From: Octopus sinensis
Taxonomy: Eukaryota
DNA length: 64,000 nt
Assembly: GCF_006345805.1 (NCBI RefSeq)
Contig: NC_042999.1
Coordinates: 92,070,001-92,134,000 of the forward strand
Reading direction: 5' to 3'
Shown: positions 52,058-64,000 of the stretch, one piece after another
How the letters are laid out: every line of letters starts with the position of its first letter
How positions within the stretch are numbered: position 1 is the stretch's first letter
The notes under the pieces: generated by a model
What the model was told of the DNA's origin: nothing
Seen by the model: only the letters and a program-made list of their open reading frames with translations
Database searches by the model: none
Position numbers and translations under genes: made by a program

Positions 52058-52914
52058 ATATTTTGGGATGGTCATTTTTTTCTTCTTTTGCCAAGTAAAC
52101 ACACGCACCATACACTCGTTTTTCACCTCAGATCTATTATTCTTATTTTACAGTCCTTTGTCTGAAATCTTTTGTCACACATCCCTGTGACCTCATAAGC
52201 GACTTTCCAAATGATGATCTTCTCCTCGAAATATAACAATATCTGTTTGAACATACGATTTCACATCAGGAATCTTGCAAAACAAACACATAAGCATAAG
52301 AATGTAAACACATTTCTATTTAAGTATCTATGCATACACAGATGTGTGTGTGTGTGTGAATGTATGAGTGTGTGCGTGCGCGCGTATATATATATATATG
52401 AGAAAGGATGAGAGGAAGAAAGAAAGAGATCAAGTTTCACTTTCAAACACTATCTTTAAGACAGCGTGCTAGCGCTAGTATTATTTAAGTAGTGTGTTCG
52501 GGAACACTTTTTAATTTATTTAGTTATTAAGAATGCTAAAATTTTAATTTTTCGTCAAATAAACGATCTATAATGTACACTTTGATTAGAGGCATTCCAG
52601 TGAAAATATTATTCAGATGCCCCAAGCCATTATTTAATATCAAACTTCTACGTGTGTTTTGACGATGTACGTATAAGTACGTATAAGTATGTGTGTATGC
52701 GTGTGTGACTGAGCGTATCAGCCTGTGTTTTCGCTGTAACATCAACGATAATATAGCTGCCAACACTGTAAATGGAAACTGATTTTGGTTCACAAACTTC
52801 ATTTATATACAAAACATTGGTTCCAATTTATTGCCTTGTTCTGATGTTGTTAATAACATTAATACTTAGTTTATTTTTAGAGGTAAGGCAGGATTAAGAT
52901 AAATTATTATGAGG

Positions 52915-53150
52915 TTTAATCAGCTTAGGCTCTTATCAACCTACCTGAGATCACCCCAAGTTCTATGGCACAAACTCATTATTTTAAAGTGATCTAAATT
53001 AAACCTTTACATCAAAATTTCATGTTCATTTACGCTCCAAACACCAGCTTAATGATAGCTAAGTCATTTTACTAAATTCTACATTACATTCAAAATTAAT
53101 TGAAACAAAAGCAGTTTAATTTAAAGGAAATATAGTATCAAAAGTCTTAA
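52915..53150. mobile_element. Possible degenerate MITE with TTAA-type ends
   Basis: Begins TTTAATC and ends GTATCAAAAGTCTTAA; resembles an octopus MITE family from memory only. Confidence 0.3.
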
Positions 53151-54387
53151 TACTATTCTTTTCAATATTTTTGACTTTGTTAGCTAAAAAAAAGAAAAAA
53201 ATTACCGACTGACTCCACACGGGAAAATTTTTTAGGTTTTTAAAATTATAAATTTAAACAAAAGATATTAATAACTATTGTTTACCCTGTTTCATCAACG
53301 TTACTAGTGTATAACATCTTTACGTATAACAATTTTGTTTTTTAAAAATGATCAAGCGCTAGTATAGATTTACTATAGCTTTCAATTATATTGGCTCACT
53401 GATTTACTTGCAGCGTATAAGAGTGAGAAACATTGATTTAATATCTGAAATTTTCCAAATATAGGAAGTGACTTTTGATAACCAGTGAAACAGTAAGTTC
53501 ATATTTATCACTTGTTACTTTATTATTTAAATATCTATGAAATATATCGGAGTTTAGTGTTTTGATGGTAATATACGCCCTATATTTTAATCGAGGTTCG
53601 TGTCAATATGTATCCTCTCCCCAAATGTTTAAGTAACAGTTTTATTTTTAATGTTCCGAGTAGCCAGGCAGATGTGGCAAACACATTTGTGTCAAGCCGA
53701 CCAAGTGTCTTATTACGTACTCGCTTGTCAAGGAAGTCACCAGAGGTCGTTCGTGGTGTGGTGGAGCACGAAAGAAAAACAAATACCTAATAATAAAACT
53801 AGAATCCGAAGAGGTCGCAACCTTTATGTTTTACTAAGATACTATAAAGCAGCTAAATATTCTAAATAATATATCCTACTACCTTGAAAAGGAAGCTGTC
53901 AAAATAATGAAGTCCTCGTTAATATATCTCTGAAGACAAGATGAATTGTTCACATCTCGAATGTTTTCGACTAATTAATCTATTAGGGCTGCTTTGTCTT
54001 AAACAACAAGATCCACTGATGAGCCAACTAGGAGACCTCAGTGCAAAATAACAACCAGATATTCAAAAACACGAGATGGCACGACCGAAATGTCTTCAAT
54101 TACAGGTCTCCATCATGACAGGTTAAACTAGATTCCAAGGAAACTCTTTGCTGGGGTTTGTGTTGGCAAAACACAGTTTTCTGAAGAAGAGTCATGACCG
54201 GAAAATCAGAACTCTCCTCTCCTCAAAATACATGACTATGTCTTTGTCAGATGCAAAGACTCTCTAGCTTTAACGAGGCTAACATTGGAAATGGATTAAA
54301 GGACTTCTGTTAGCAATTGAAACCTTGAAGAGTTCTTAACTTATGACAGAGAAGTGCTGATGTACACCTATACAAGTTTATAAACGA

Positions 54388-54755
54388 TACGAGATCTAAT
54401 CAATAAGTATCCAGACTATTGCCATAGTAACGAATCTAAAGTACGCAGAGTAAAGCCGCTGATCATAGATTGACCTTGATCTCTGTCGTGCATGTGCACT
54501 AAGTTTTAGCATTCTAGCTTACCTCCGCTGTGTACAGCAGTGCTTCGAAGTAACGTGTGTAACGTGTGATCGTTGCATTGACTATGACACAGAAAGTTGT
54601 CATGGCGATACCTGCTCAGAGGCCTACGCAAAGTTACAGAAAGTGTATGGAGAGAAGTGTACGAGCCGCACACAAGTGTACGAGTGGATCGGACGTTTCC
54701 AAGATGGCCAAAAAATTTTGATAATGACGAACGTTGTGGGAGACCTGCAACCAGC
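54388..54755 (+). mobile_element. Mariner 5' end (TIR and N-terminal HTH fragment)
   Basis: TACGAGATCTAATCAATAAGTATCCAGACT TIR-like start; GDTCSEAYAKLQKVYGEKCTSRTQVYEW.GRFQDG...DERCGRPATS. Confidence 0.88.
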
Positions 54756-55938
54756 AGTCTATGAACTATGCACTCTATGGTGACTCTCCCTCTCTCTTAC
54801 AAATCTTAATTTTTATGTCCATGTAAGAGACAACAATGTTTTAGACTGTCCTGTCTTCGTTATAAGATGAGGGAAGCTATAAAAGAAAATAAAACAAAAT
54901 ACCATTTATATACTGAAGTTGAGCAATTTAGTAAAATTCTCTTCAGCGTCGCAAAGATATTTTCCGAGAGTACTTAAAATTTTTATATATTAGAATATTT
55001 TAAACTTTTTGTTTTTTTATATATATATTTTTTTTTTACAATAATTGACCTTGCTATCATTCCCACTGTAAGTCAGATTCAAAGTATACCAGGGACAGTT
55101 AACAATCAGACGTGCACAGGAGGATGTGGGTTGAAAATTTGAAAAGCAATGTGATATCTTCAACTTATCGATATTTAACAGCTCTGCGTTTGATTTAAAG
55201 TTATAAATTACACCAACAGTGTACAGAACTTTCTAATTAGTTACTAAGTTTATCAACCCACAGACTGATTAACTTTTCAAACAGTACATTTCCAGCATTG
55301 TGTATAATAATTAAGGACAAACTTGGCAACATAATTAATTTGTTAGTCATTAATGTTATGCACTACTTTAAGATTGATTAATTAAAGAGACATACATTAA
55401 TGGAATAAATAGAAGCTAATGTCTCAAAGCATAAAATTTAATACCGCAGGCAATGGAATAACATCATTCTAGTTTCATTAAACCACGTAACGAGTATGAG
55501 ACAAAAAGAAAATTGACGTCCAGCGAAGCATACAAACATACACAACTCGCAAACATATAAACATGTGCGCATGCAGTTATTGGTTTTCACATATGGAATA
55601 TATGCAATATATGGAATACTTATATTCACCTTAATTCGAGCTGTGCGGATAATATAAGACTGACTTGATGCTTCAACTTAAACTTAAGTACCTAATTCAA
55701 ATGAATCTTAATTACCTCTTAACTCGTCAACTATATATATATATATATGAATGTATGTATGTATGTATGTCTGTATGTATGTATGTGTGTGTGTATGTAT
55801 GCATACATGCGTGTTACGTGATCACATGACCAACCGTCTCAATAAACTACTATTGTTACTGAAAGTTGTTTTTTATATTCACTACAGGTTGCTCGAAGCT
55901 AACAATCTTCCTACACCTCAATCCGTGGATCTTGCATT

Positions 55939-56011
<73 letters not shown>

Positions 56012-56871
56012 CGTGTGTGTGTGTTGTGTTAGTCGGCTAAACTCCAATTTAGCCGTATTTTCTCAATTTAGCTTTGATTTTAGTATCCAAACAAATACTT
56101 TCATGGTTTTGTAAAACCATCACGATGAAGTTTTATACAAAAGTTATATCTAGATAAGTATCTGGATACATATTTACATTTCAACTATATCTATGAGAAT
56201 ACTTAAAGAAGTTTTATTTTTATAAGTATGTATTCCTACCAGTAAGTGCTTATAACTTAATGGCATTGTTGAAAAAAAGGATTTATACGGTATTATATCA
56301 TTTTCCTAATAAAAAATATATTCAAATCAATCCAGATTCGAATTAATATTGATTCGAAATTTGACACAAGGCCAGTGGTTTTGGGGGAGTGATAAGTCGC
56401 TTATATCGACCCCAATGTTCACCTGGAGTTTATTTTATCATCTAAAAGAATGAAAGGTAAAGTCGACACCGGCGGCATTTGAAGTCAGAACGAAAAGTCA
56501 GAAGAAACATCGTTAAGCGTTTTTCCCTGGCGCGGTGACGATTCAAATTAATATCGCCATATCTACTCTGAACTAGTTTGAACATCTCAATACACTCATT
56601 TCTCTTTCTCCTCTTCAATTTCATTTGAGACATAAAGCTTATAAAATAGAAATATTAAAAGCATTTTATTGTTACATGATACGAAATGGGTACTTAAATA
56701 GAACGTCCTAACCTAAGGAACCCGAATCTGCTACGGGTATATTAACATGCGTTTTGATAAAGAATTTCCAATGTGGTCAATATGTTTCGTCTTCCTTCAG
56801 GCATTTGATTTGTGCTCTCACACTTCACACTTGCATCTATAAATATTTGCCGTTCTGCTTTATCGTTATAG

Positions 56872-56933
56872 GATGAACAGAGTGCATATTAAAGCATACA
56901 TGCAAATACAGAACGTATTTTGTGAAAATCCGG
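56872..56933 (+). other. Exon-like segment (62 nt)
   Basis: TTCTGCTTTATCGTTATAG acceptor and CGG|GTAAGT donor; only phase 2 is open (MNRVHIKAYMQIQNVFCENP). Confidence 0.35.
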
Positions 56934-57078
56934 GTAAGTTGGAGATTGCTTTATTGATATACATTTTCTGTCTGTAATTTTACCAACTAAAAACAATATG
57001 CAAATGTGTATATGTGTGTGTGTGCATGTGTATACATGTATATGCATATACATACAAACATACACACACACATACACA

Positions 57079-57180
<102 letters not shown>

Positions 57181-57599
57181 AAGACAGAAAGATAAATACA
57201 TATGCATATACGTTTTTTTCCGTCCTTGTTTTCGTATACATTCGCTGCTTTCTTCCAAGGAATCTAATGCACTTAGCTTAGCTTTTCCTTGCGGCTGGCC
57301 AGATTGGAGCAATTTCGAGTACAACCAACCGAAAATGCAAAGATAATTTGGAACTCGACTGAGGAAAGAAAAACTCCGAGTGACTCCGAGTGCATATATA
57401 CATATATGTACATGCATACATATCTATGTATATATATATGCATATATGGGTACAGGACGCCGCGAAACGTAAACAACATGAAATACGAAGACAAATTTAT
57501 GTATGCGAAGGACGAGAGAAACAAATGGAAAACAAGACAAGTATCATTAAAAAATCGACCCTTCATCAGTTGTCAGCTGTCCATCTACTCAACATTTCG

Positions 57600-57885
57600 A
57601 GTAACTAACGACAATATGAGGCTTCGAAAAGGGAGTTGCTCCCTCGAACCGAAATAAAATTTAGGATTTGCTGAGGGTCAAAGTTGGTAACAAAAACATG
57701 ACAGTGGAGACATAGAACAAACGAAACGAAAACAAAGATGGCGGGCCGTTGGGCCAGACAAGGTAAGGTAGCGAACGCTGGAGGAATATTGTCTTTGACA
57801 AGAGAAGAGATAGGAGAGGAGATAGATAAGAATGCGTCTGGTCTCTAAGACAGACAGAAAGATGGACGATGGTCACGTGCGAGCA
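57600..57885. promoter_or_regulatory. Promoter-like CpG-enriched island
   Basis: YY1-type AAGATGGCG (57735-57743) and E-box GTCACGTG (57872-57879); not explained by any transposon I recognise. Confidence 0.4.
57738..57762 (+). CDS. Candidate first coding exon MAGRWARQ (phase-1 intron follows)
   Basis: AAAG-ATGGCG start context and AAG|GTAAGG donor within a local CpG-rich island; no downstream exon identified. Confidence 0.35.
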
Positions 57886-57889
57886 ACGC

Positions 57890-57971
<82 letters not shown>

Positions 57972-58290
57972 ATGGCTTGTTAGCAACTTTTCAACCGAAA
58001 GCCAAAAGTATATACATCACTAAAGCGACTGAAGGCGCTATATAGCACCAGTATTGCTAGAAATAAAAGTCAAAACAACTCATATCCACAATAAGCACTA
58101 ATATACCAATATATGTCTTCAATTGCCCAGATTAGTATTACAAATACTGATACTAGTATTAGTATTGCACATCTCCCTTGCACATCCTAATACGTAGTGT
58201 TGGCGTTTATTCATCAGGACGGACAAGACGCTCACTGCAAGGACGAACAGCAGTACGAACAAAATATTGCCGATATTAACCTGTAATATT

Positions 58291-58796
58291 TAAGGACACC
58301 AAATTCTTTTCGCGGAGGGCCAAATAAGTGAGAACGGCGAGCGCGGGCCACATAACTATTTTGTTTATTACAATACAGTGAATACACAAAGAATAAAGAC
58401 AACCAACACTTATTTACCAAATAGTTATCAACGGTGACGTTAACAATAACATAGTTATATCACACCCAGTGTGCACATATGCGAATCTCACAAACTAAGC
58501 AGCAAAAAAGGTTAATGAAGTTTATGAAACTGGTGTTTAGCTTTTAAGCTATCATCAATATTTGCTTTGGAATTGTTGCATTCAACCAAGGAAAATTGCT
58601 TTCAAAAGTTCATCGGGCAACCTCGTTCGATGTGCTGACTTCACATACTTCATTTTTGAAAATGTTTGCTCACAGATTTAAGTTGTTCCAAACACTGATG
58701 CCATACCAGAGGCAAATGCAGGTACTTACACAAAAAATACAGAGCAGTGGTGGGCCAGATGAACTGACCTTACGAGCCGTAGTTTGGTGACCCCTG
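58291..58796 (-). mobile_element. Non-autonomous hAT (Charlie/Buster-like) element with transposase dimerisation remnant
   Basis: End GTAGTTTGGTGACCCCTG (rc CAGGGGTCACCAAACTAC) and a degenerate partner AAGGACACCAAA; minus frame FASGMASVFGTT*ICEQTFSKMKYVKSAHRTRLPDELLKAI. Confidence 0.82.
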
Positions 58797-59279
58797 CTCT
58801 AGATAAACTAATTCTATTTGAAATTATAATAGTTGCTTCAGCTCTTAGCGAAAGTATTTAGAATATGTTGTAATCATTCTTTTAATGGCATGGGAGGGAG
58901 GAGACTCCCTCTATAAGGGAGACTATAAGCTGTGTAGGAAAGAGGAACAAAGGTAGAAAAAAAAGAGATTAAGGCAGTGAGAAGGAGGGGGATTTCTATG
59001 ACATAGGGGAAGATGAACAGACTTAGAATAGATGAAACAGAGAGAATGGGAGAAGATAAATATAAGGAAGTAAGTAAGTAAGTAAGGAAGGAAGGAAGGA
59101 AGGAAGGAAGAAAGGAAGAAAGGAAGAAAGGAAGGAAGGAAAATCGACTCCAGTGCAGGACAAGTATTTTTAGAACTATACTTAACAACCAAAAGATGAT
59201 GAAAGTTGATGAGCCAGAACAAATATTCTGTCAAATCACTGCCGGTCCTTCATTATGTATATGTAATACACTTCTCGCG

Positions 59280-59470
59280 GTGCGGGGGCGCGTGGTCCAG
59301 TGAATAGAGTGTTGGACTCAGGATCGTACGATCGTAGTTTCGATATTCATATCCGGCAACATATATTTGTGAGCTAAATCTTGCAATTTACATTGCCCCT
59401 GTCCACTCAGCTGAAAATGAGTCAACAAACCCGAAGGACTACTCGTACGATGGACTGCCGTCACTTTTAG
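59280..59470 (+). mobile_element. Third tRNA-derived SINE type, degenerate
   Basis: GGGGGCGCGTGGTCCAGTGAATAGAGTGTTGGACTC..GTTTCGAT head; CTGTCCACTCAGCTG and CGATGGACTG body motifs. Confidence 0.6.
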
Positions 59471-60006
59471 AGATGGACTATTGAACTCTCAATTCCTTAT
59501 ACACCGCAGAAAACGGCATACAGACTGCTCTGACGAACAGTAGGCTCGTGGTGGTGGAGGCTTTTTTTTTGCTGGGGGCGGGGGCTACAGGTTGGCCTAC
59601 TCTATTAGCAGTAGCATAACTCTACTGTCAACTTCGATGGAGTAAACCTTTGATCAAAGACATTCTATCCATGAACATTCTATCTTTATTTCAGTCATTG
59701 TGAATTTACTTTCTTTCTAAGGTGGATGTAATGTGAGGGGAAACTGGGTGTTATTTCTTTCAAGTTCAACTCCCACATGGAGGAAGTACTAGCAGCATTT
59801 CTTGTTGTTGTTTCTCAACTTCAGGTCAGTCTTCATGGAGTAGACTTACGATCAAATAAATGCATTTCATCTGTGACCATCCCGTTTATCTCTCCCTGTG
59901 TAGGGCGGACCTAGGAAACTGTCCTTTTCTAAAACAATAATTTCGATTTGAGGGAGATTTGGTTGCTTTTTCGAGCTAACTGGACAATGCCGTAAAGACT
60001 CCTGCA

Positions 60007-60040
60007 ATGAGCAGCAGCAGCAGCAGCAGTAGTGGTAGTG

Positions 60041-60072
<32 letters not shown>

Positions 60073-60085
60073 GGTAGTGGTAGTG

Positions 60086-60133
<48 letters not shown>

Positions 60134-60262
60134 AATGGTGCTGTTTCGATTATGGTGTGTCGATTATTATTGGTATTTGTGATTGGTGAGGTAATTGTTG
60201 TAATATCGGTGTCCTCACTGGTGTGCTGCTGCTGCTGTTGTTGTTGTTGTTGTTATTGTTGA
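60007..60262. repeat. (AGC)/(AGT)/(GGT)/(TGC)/(TGT) trinucleotide cluster
   Basis: Directly visible; explains the poly-S, poly-V and poly-C ORFs. Confidence 0.97.
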
Positions 60263-63200
60263 TGTTCTTGCTTTTGCTTTTGTTGTATTCTTGCAGTCGT
60301 TGTTTATAAACTTTTGTTTATACATTCAATCTTTATACAGCTACACACTTTACACACAAAATTTATTGTCTATGGATTTATTAACCGTTTCTCTCATTGA
60401 TAACGTCACTACCATCATCATCATCACTACTACGATTCAATGCGAAAGTCTTTACACAGTCCGCTCAACCTGCTAGAAGTAGCAGCCAAACCTCTCCCAA
60501 AGGATATCATGCCATTTAAAAGAAAAACTGCACATTAAAGTGTCATTCTGGATATAAAACTGGAATACTTTTGGGGGTAAACAGCAACAGCAATAGCAGC
60601 AGCAACCATTTTAACCACTACTGCTCTTAATGCCATCACGGCTACAACCACCATCATCATTACAACTAATACCATCCCCACCGTCATCGGCATCATGACA
60701 TTATTTTTACCATCATGGTCGTCGTCGTCGTTGTCATCATCGTCATTATCATTTTCACTTTTCATCTACAGCACTAACATCATCACCATCGCTATTTCTA
60801 TAACCAAAGTCCCCAGCAGCAGCAAGCAACAACATTTTTGTGGTTGTCGTTGTCTTCATAATGCGACGAGGAAAGAGCTACACTTGAAAAGTATTTAACT
60901 GCTATTCTGTCAGGTCCAGAGACAACAAAGAGGCTTCCTTGTTACAGTTCACTCTAGGCAGCATCCAAGTGAGCTATAATGAATGTTTCATCAGCATGAG
61001 GCCCTAAATTGAATCAAACAATCGATAAAGCGTTGGGTGGGACAAAGCGGAAATAATTTAGACCTATGATCAAAGGCATTCTAGCTATAACCATCCGAGC
61101 ACTGATCTGATACATTATATCTAGGACTACACAAATCCGAAGTGATCTTTATTTCTTTAAGATAGTAGAGTGCTATTCGGAGGAGATTTGGCTACCATTT
61201 TTAACAGAGATGCTTCTTTGTTCTGAACTGCTCATAGTTAAATTACTAAATACCTTGTATGTTAATAGTGTTTTCTTTCAACGTTGTACTGTACTACACT
61301 ATTAATTTCCTAATAAATTATTGATCTCATTATCAATCACCAATGCCTGATTGATGCAAATCAAGTTATCTAATTTACTCAAACTCTTCAATACATAGTC
61401 AAAACGTTCAACAATCAGTTTACCATCAATTTCTCCGTGGACGTATAAAGAAAATCCTCACTAATGACGAGACCTCAACACAGCACTCATTCTATCCACG
61501 AAGTTATTTTCTTTCATATTAGGTGATTACACCAGGCTATACATACAATATTCACGTAACAACTATACATACATTAATGTAGTACAGCTTATGATTGTGT
61601 TATGAATAGTTTTGATTTTATAGATTTGCTTATGTGATAACAGTAGTAATAACATCACCATCAACATTATCATCACAAAAACGTACGCAGCATTAGATAG
61701 CAAACCTCCAAAAAGCTATCACCTTCCGACGGTGATCATTATATCCATTTTCACTGAAGTCACTGCAGAGAAAGGAACTGCTTAGAGACATCGTTTGCGA
61801 CAGAACTAAGCAGTAACTCAACCTCTTTGAAGCATCAGCGAAATGCTTGAACTCTCACTCTACCTTCTTGCAAAAATGAGAGAGCACACGTTGGATAATG
61901 TGATGTAGTAGCGTAGTGGGGTGAGGTGGTCTGCTCTGCGCAAGGCTTTTATGGATTCTACACATTTGGGTCTGCTATAGTGGCCTGTTTGTGAGGCCAC
62001 AACGCAGTGAGACAAACTCAAGGGCTGCCCCGGGCAGCATACACTCTACCTACATGATTGATGTGATACATGATATCAGTACAAAAGAGTTATTTCTGTA
62101 GTTGTTCTGTCTGATGTTATTGTTGTTGCTGATCATATTGCTGCTGTTCTTGTTTTAATTGTCATTGTCTTTTAGCCCAAGGTATTGAAACCATCAAGGA
62201 GCTATTTAAACCTATTTTAAATGGTTTTTAACATTCTTCAATACATACTATATACTTTTGATTCTTTTGAAGTCTTTCATTCTTTATTTCATTTCTTTCT
62301 TTTTATTTCTATTTTCTGATAGCGTTTCATGTATGATTCTGTTTTATTAATTATAATTTGACACTTAATAATTATCTTGTGATATCATTTAACGGATTTC
62401 TATGTATATTTATTACCTTTGTGTTAATAAATGCCTTCTGGCATTTGGACTTTTCGCTTTGAATTCCTCATTTCACCATCACCAACACGATTTACTATTA
62501 TTCTCAGTCTGCTAATTTTACCATTTTCTACAATAATTTCGACGGTTTTCTTCTGCCAACAATTTTATGCCACTCTCTCTACATTTAATAATTTCTCTTC
62601 TTGTCTGTTGCTGGGTGTTAAGAGTAATCTAAACTTTACGTGATGACATGAATTGACTGAAGATGATCACTTGTCTTTGAGTCTTATTTATATATATATT
62701 ACGTTGCATATGATGGACAATAGCAACGTTCATTACAAATTTTCAATGGATTAATCACTGGTCCTTAAAATTTCTCACGGCAAAAACCAGAAGGGTGCGA
62801 CTATGTAAACCGACGTGTAATAAATAATGTTGTTCACATAGTTTCCTGTCATATATCATCAAAAGATACCCACCCTTTCTCTCTCTATCTCTATCTACCC
62901 CTCTCTCTCACTCACTCACACACTCACACACACATACACAACGTGTGTGCGAGCGGAATTAAAACCACGCACACATAAGTTCTGGAAAGTAGGTGTAAGC
63001 CTGCGTTAACGAAGTGTCATTCACTCAAGCTGCTTAACAGTAATTAAAAGTTCAATTTGAAATATAATGGAAACCATCAATTTCACATACCCGCCAAACA
63101 TGTTTTGTTGCTGCATTCACTCGTAATGCCTATTGCTTAGAGTGCTGCATTTACAATAGCTAGATTGTGGTTTCGGTTTTCCAGACCGTTAGTGCGTTTA

Positions 63201-64000
63201 GTTTTTTGAGTAAAATACTTCATTATACGTTGCTGTAGTTCATTCAACCGCAAATTGGTAATCTTGCGACGGACTGGCGTTCAGTCCAGAAAGAATGTTG
63301 GCTTGCACGGCTTGCCTGCGACATAGTATCATTCGAAGGCAAGAACAAAGCAAGGAAGCGCATTGTGACCAGCTGTATATAAAAAAGTAATATGTGTGCA
63401 TGTATGTATGTATGTATGTATGTATGTATGCATGTATGTATGTATGTATGTATGTATGTGACTGAGTTGCAAGCAGATTTACTTCTGCCTTTATAGCACA
63501 TAAAGAAAACGTTGTTGTAGGAATGTACGCAGCACGTGTACTACAGCAGTACAATGCGCAGCTTAAATACTGAGATTGAAAGGCAGGGGTGAATTATGCC
63601 TACTAATCTACAGAAAAATAAAATACTTGGCTTTTTATGCATATTAATCGGAGTAACCTTCATAATTTTATTGAATTATGTGCATATTTTGCCATGAGAG
63701 GAAAATGTTGCTATCGAACTATTTTATTCAAGATAGGCACTACCTACCTTGCCTACCTAGGCGGCACGTCCCTCATGTATTGTTAGTTTATCATATATCA
63801 GAAAAAGAAGCACACTGAATGTATACTTGATACCATCAATTGATGTATTCTAAGCCCCTTTCGCATTTTCTCTCTGTTTCTTTCTCCATACCACACTTTA
63901 TCCTAATTACCATGTCTCCCATTGAACCTATATATCTATAAACACCGTCCTATACTACTCTCTTAGCCAGATTCTTCTGCTGAGGATAACAAGATTTCAT

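Noticed and set aside
53930-54060. Hammerhead-like CTGAAGA..AGATG/CATCT..CGAAT and a nearby CTGATGAG
   Set aside because: Core broken (GAAT instead of GAAA, extra bases) and no stems I/III found; at most a decayed relic.
58291-58790. CpG-rich promoter/first exon, and ORF 58596-58790 as exon 2 of the MAGRWARQ gene (phase-compatible)
   Set aside because: Both lie inside a hAT element; the ORF is the antisense of its transposase remnant.
59280-59360. tRNA gene (also the SINE heads at ~5190, ~29040 and ~30680)
   Set aside because: No cloverleaf, and each continues into a SINE body.

Overview
Eukaryotic, AT-rich, microsatellite-dense DNA with no protein-coding gene I can recognise. The SINE sequences and repeat landscape look like Octopus/coleoid cephalopod DNA (inference). 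Most of the identifiable content is decayed transposons: a near-full-length but frameshifted RTE LINE (~11.17-15.0 kb), further RTE 3' fragments, a CR1/L2-type LINE lacking its RT core, an L1/Tx1 3' end, HERO-like and R4/Dong-like REL-endonuclease remnants, a Penelope-like RT fragment, Tc1, mariner and hAT remnants, and many tRNA-derived modular SINEs. Most listed ORFs are microsatellite translations or transposon shadows. The best leads: (1) three fold-back palindromes of different ages (7709-7842, ~19700-20330, 33035-33205); (2) a 3' tail shared by SINEs and the CR1-type LINE, with a stem-loop that differs in sequence but still pairs; (3) a ~1.33-kb tandem duplication with a hybrid junction typical of unequal crossing-over; (4) several exon-like islands with canonical splice signals and a promoter/first-exon-like island at ~57.7 kb. 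I did not find a demonstrably new system; all findings are leads. Transposon boundaries are approximate and all family calls come from motif recognition by eye, not database searches.
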